Assembly: GCA_965197905.1 (NCBI GenBank)
Contig: CBDAOB010000003.1
Span: 960,001-1,024,000 of the forward strand
Length of the DNA stretch: 64,000 nt
From: Candidatus Latescibacterota bacterium
Lineage (GTDB): Bacteria; Latescibacterota; UBA2968; UBA8231
Reading direction: 5' to 3'
The translations under genes were made by a program, and so were the position numbers. Positions 61,920 to 64,000 of this stretch are shown piece after piece; positions within the stretch are counted from its first letter, which is position 1, and each line of letters begins with the position of its first letter. The notes below the pieces were generated by a model, which saw only the letters and a list, made by a program, of their open reading frames with translations, was not told the origin of the DNA and searched no databases.

Positions 61920-63370
61920 ATGAACCACAATTCCATATCAATACCGTTAGGCGAGCGCCAGCTCTTCCTCGACGATCACGTCGTGAAAGAGGTGGTGAAT
62001 CTCACCCGCACGATGCATTCGCCCACCAAGAGAGGGACCGTCATTCGGCCAGATGCGGGTGAACATGCGGTGCAGACTCGCTGTGTACCCTTCTGGGACC
62101 CCGACGACAAGGTATTCAAGTACTGGGTCGGCGGCTATCGCGAGAGCCATGATGGACTGAACTGGCACAAGGTTCCCCACGAACAGAACACGGAGGTGGC
62201 ACGCTGCGTGTTTTACGACCCCGTGGATCCCGACCCGACGAGACGTTTCAAGGCGTGGCAACCCGATGCGTTTCACGTTTCGGACGACGGCTTTACGTGG
62301 AGGGAGCTGGATGTGAAACCGATTCCCGCCGGTGATGACTACAATTTCTCGCTTGACGAGCAGAACCGCCTTTACATTGCCACGGTCAAACATTCCGCCA
62401 CCTACGGGCGCTCCATATGGCTTTCGACCAGCATTGATTTCGAGGAGTGGGCTGAGCCCGAATTCATTTTCGAGGCGGACGAGCTGGATCAGGAACTGGC
62501 AAGACAACGCATCGCTGAATGGTTTGAAGATCCGACGCGTCCTCATCCCTACATCAACGTTCCCGAACACTACGGTGTCGATATCTACAACATGGGGGCC
62601 TTTCGGTACGAGGGACTCTACATCGGGTTGCCCTCCTTCTTCCATCACAGCGGTACCGTTCGCCCGGATTGGCCGGGGTACGCGGACATGGATCTGGCGC
62701 CGGCCGCTCGGGAGTACATCGCCGAGTACGGTGACTACAGCGGTTTTCACCACGTGCAGCTGACCTGCAGCCGCGACCTGCGGAATTGGCGACGTTTGGG
62801 AGATCGTCAACCGTTCATCGATTGCTCTCCGCTTAGAAGTGGTGCTCACGACCTTTCGTCGGTGAGGCCGGCATCGAACGTTCTCATCCGCGATGACGAG
62901 CTCTGGTTCTATTATACAGGTATACAGGCGGTAAATACTACGAGATCATTCGCCTTGGAGAGGCCGATTGTTACGCAATCTGCCTAGCGGTGTTGCGCCG
63001 GGATGGATTCGTGTCACTTGATGCGAATGAAGAGGTCGGGAGCGTGACAACGCGAGCGATCGAAGTGCCTTCCGGAGCACGGCGCCTTTTTGTCAATGCA
63101 GATCTTTCGGACGGCGAGTTGCGGGCGGTAGTTCTGGAGCCTGGAGGCCGGCCGTGGGATGACTTTACCGAGCCGCAGGTCGTGCTGGTGCCAGGCAAAA
63201 CGACGGAGACCTACTATCTACCCCGTTACAGCAACACCATTACCGGTGACCAGACCAAAGCAGAGCTTGTTTGGGACGGTCACAAGGATTTAAGCGTTCT
63301 TGCCGGGTGCGAGATCAGCCTGCGCTTCGCTTTAACCAACGGAAGTCTCTACTCCTTCTGGTGCGAGTAG
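61920..63370 (+). pseudogene. Paralogue of the 1515-3248 propeller protein, frameshifted by an 8-bp duplication
   Basis: ERQLFLDD...FRYEGLYIG...DELWFYYTG; removing one tatacagg (62913-62928) gives a continuous frame to AICLAVLRRDGFVSL. Confidence 0.85.
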
Positions 63371-63396
63371 CCGGTAGTCGCGAACCCCGCTTGACT

Positions 63397-64000
63397 CTAT
63401 ATATACCCCGTCGCACCATCGGGCCGGGTTGGGCTACTCCGTTCCCAGTGCACGTAGTCTGCCCTGAGTCTATCCTCGTCGATCTCCACACCCCAGCCTG
63501 GCCGGTCAGGCCGCAGCTGCAAATATCCATCGGTGGGCAAGTACGGGTCTTCGAGCCAGTCCTCGACTCCAGGAGATTCGCTCGGCAGAAGATACTCCAA
63601 CACCTTGAAGTTGGTCGTTGCGGCACTGAAGTGGAGGTTCACCGCCGTCGCCAGTGGTCCCATAGGGTTGTGCGGCGCGATCGACACGTAATGTGCCTCG
63701 GCGATTGCAGCAATCTTGCGCATCTCCAGCAAACCGCCGCAAATACAGATGTCGGGCTGAATGATGTCGGCGCCGTCCTTGGACATCAGGTCGAGGAACT
63801 CGAAGCGCGTGTAGAGGCATTCTCCAGTAGCTAACGGAACCTGCATTTGCGCGCGAAGACGGGCCCAGGCATCGCTGTTTTCCGGGCGCAGCGGCTCCTC
63901 GTAGAAGAACGGATCGTAGGGTGCCAGGGCGTTCGCCAGCTGCAGCGCCCGCACCGGCTCGAAGATCTTGGCGTGCGGGTCGAAGGCGAACTCCCATTCC
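63397..64000 (-). CDS. Galactonate dehydratase-like enolase superfamily enzyme, 5' end outside window
   Basis: FDPH, YEEP, ATGE, IIQPD, APHNP.GP. Confidence 0.88.
   Translation of the reverse strand, partial: EWEFAFDPHAKIFEPVRALQLANALAPYDPFFYEEPLRPENSDAWARLRAQMQVPLATGECLYTRFEFLDLMSKDGADIIQPDICICGGLLEMRKIAAIAEAHYVSIAPHNPMGPLATAVNLHFSAATTNFKVLEYLLPSESPGVEDWLEDPYLPTDGYLQLRPDRPGWGVEIDEDRLRADYVHWERSSPTRPDGATGYI

Overview
Bacterial accessory-rich window of about 60% GC (by eye). Gene content suggests a Ca. Latescibacterota-like heterotroph; this is inference only. Intact housekeeping genes are def, groES-groEL and an orphan fliG. Many stand-alone catabolic enzymes are present: mannonate dehydratase, two enolase-superfamily enzymes, three PhyH-type dioxygenases, a P450, an alditol oxidase-like flavoprotein, a GMC oxidoreductase, GH172 and beta-propeller hydrolase-like proteins. 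There are also two related histidine kinases (one with YfiR), ABC/MFS transporters and a TM0106-type nuclease-helicase. Several relics are not in the ORF track: (i) four degenerate integron attC-like elements beside unrelated genes, with no integron integrase in the window; (ii) a probable decayed integrative element at about 44.2-56.2 kb, with an integrase remnant, an excisionase remnant and matching TTGTGGG tandem sites; (iii) two internally deleted IS1380 relics; (iv) two dispersed repeats; (v) several gene fragments. Several genes carry single lesions, including an exact 231-bp and an exact 8-bp tandem duplication in two paralogues; these could be real decay or assembly/sequencing error. 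No rRNA, tRNA or CRISPR array was seen. Family assignments come from recalled motifs, not database searches.
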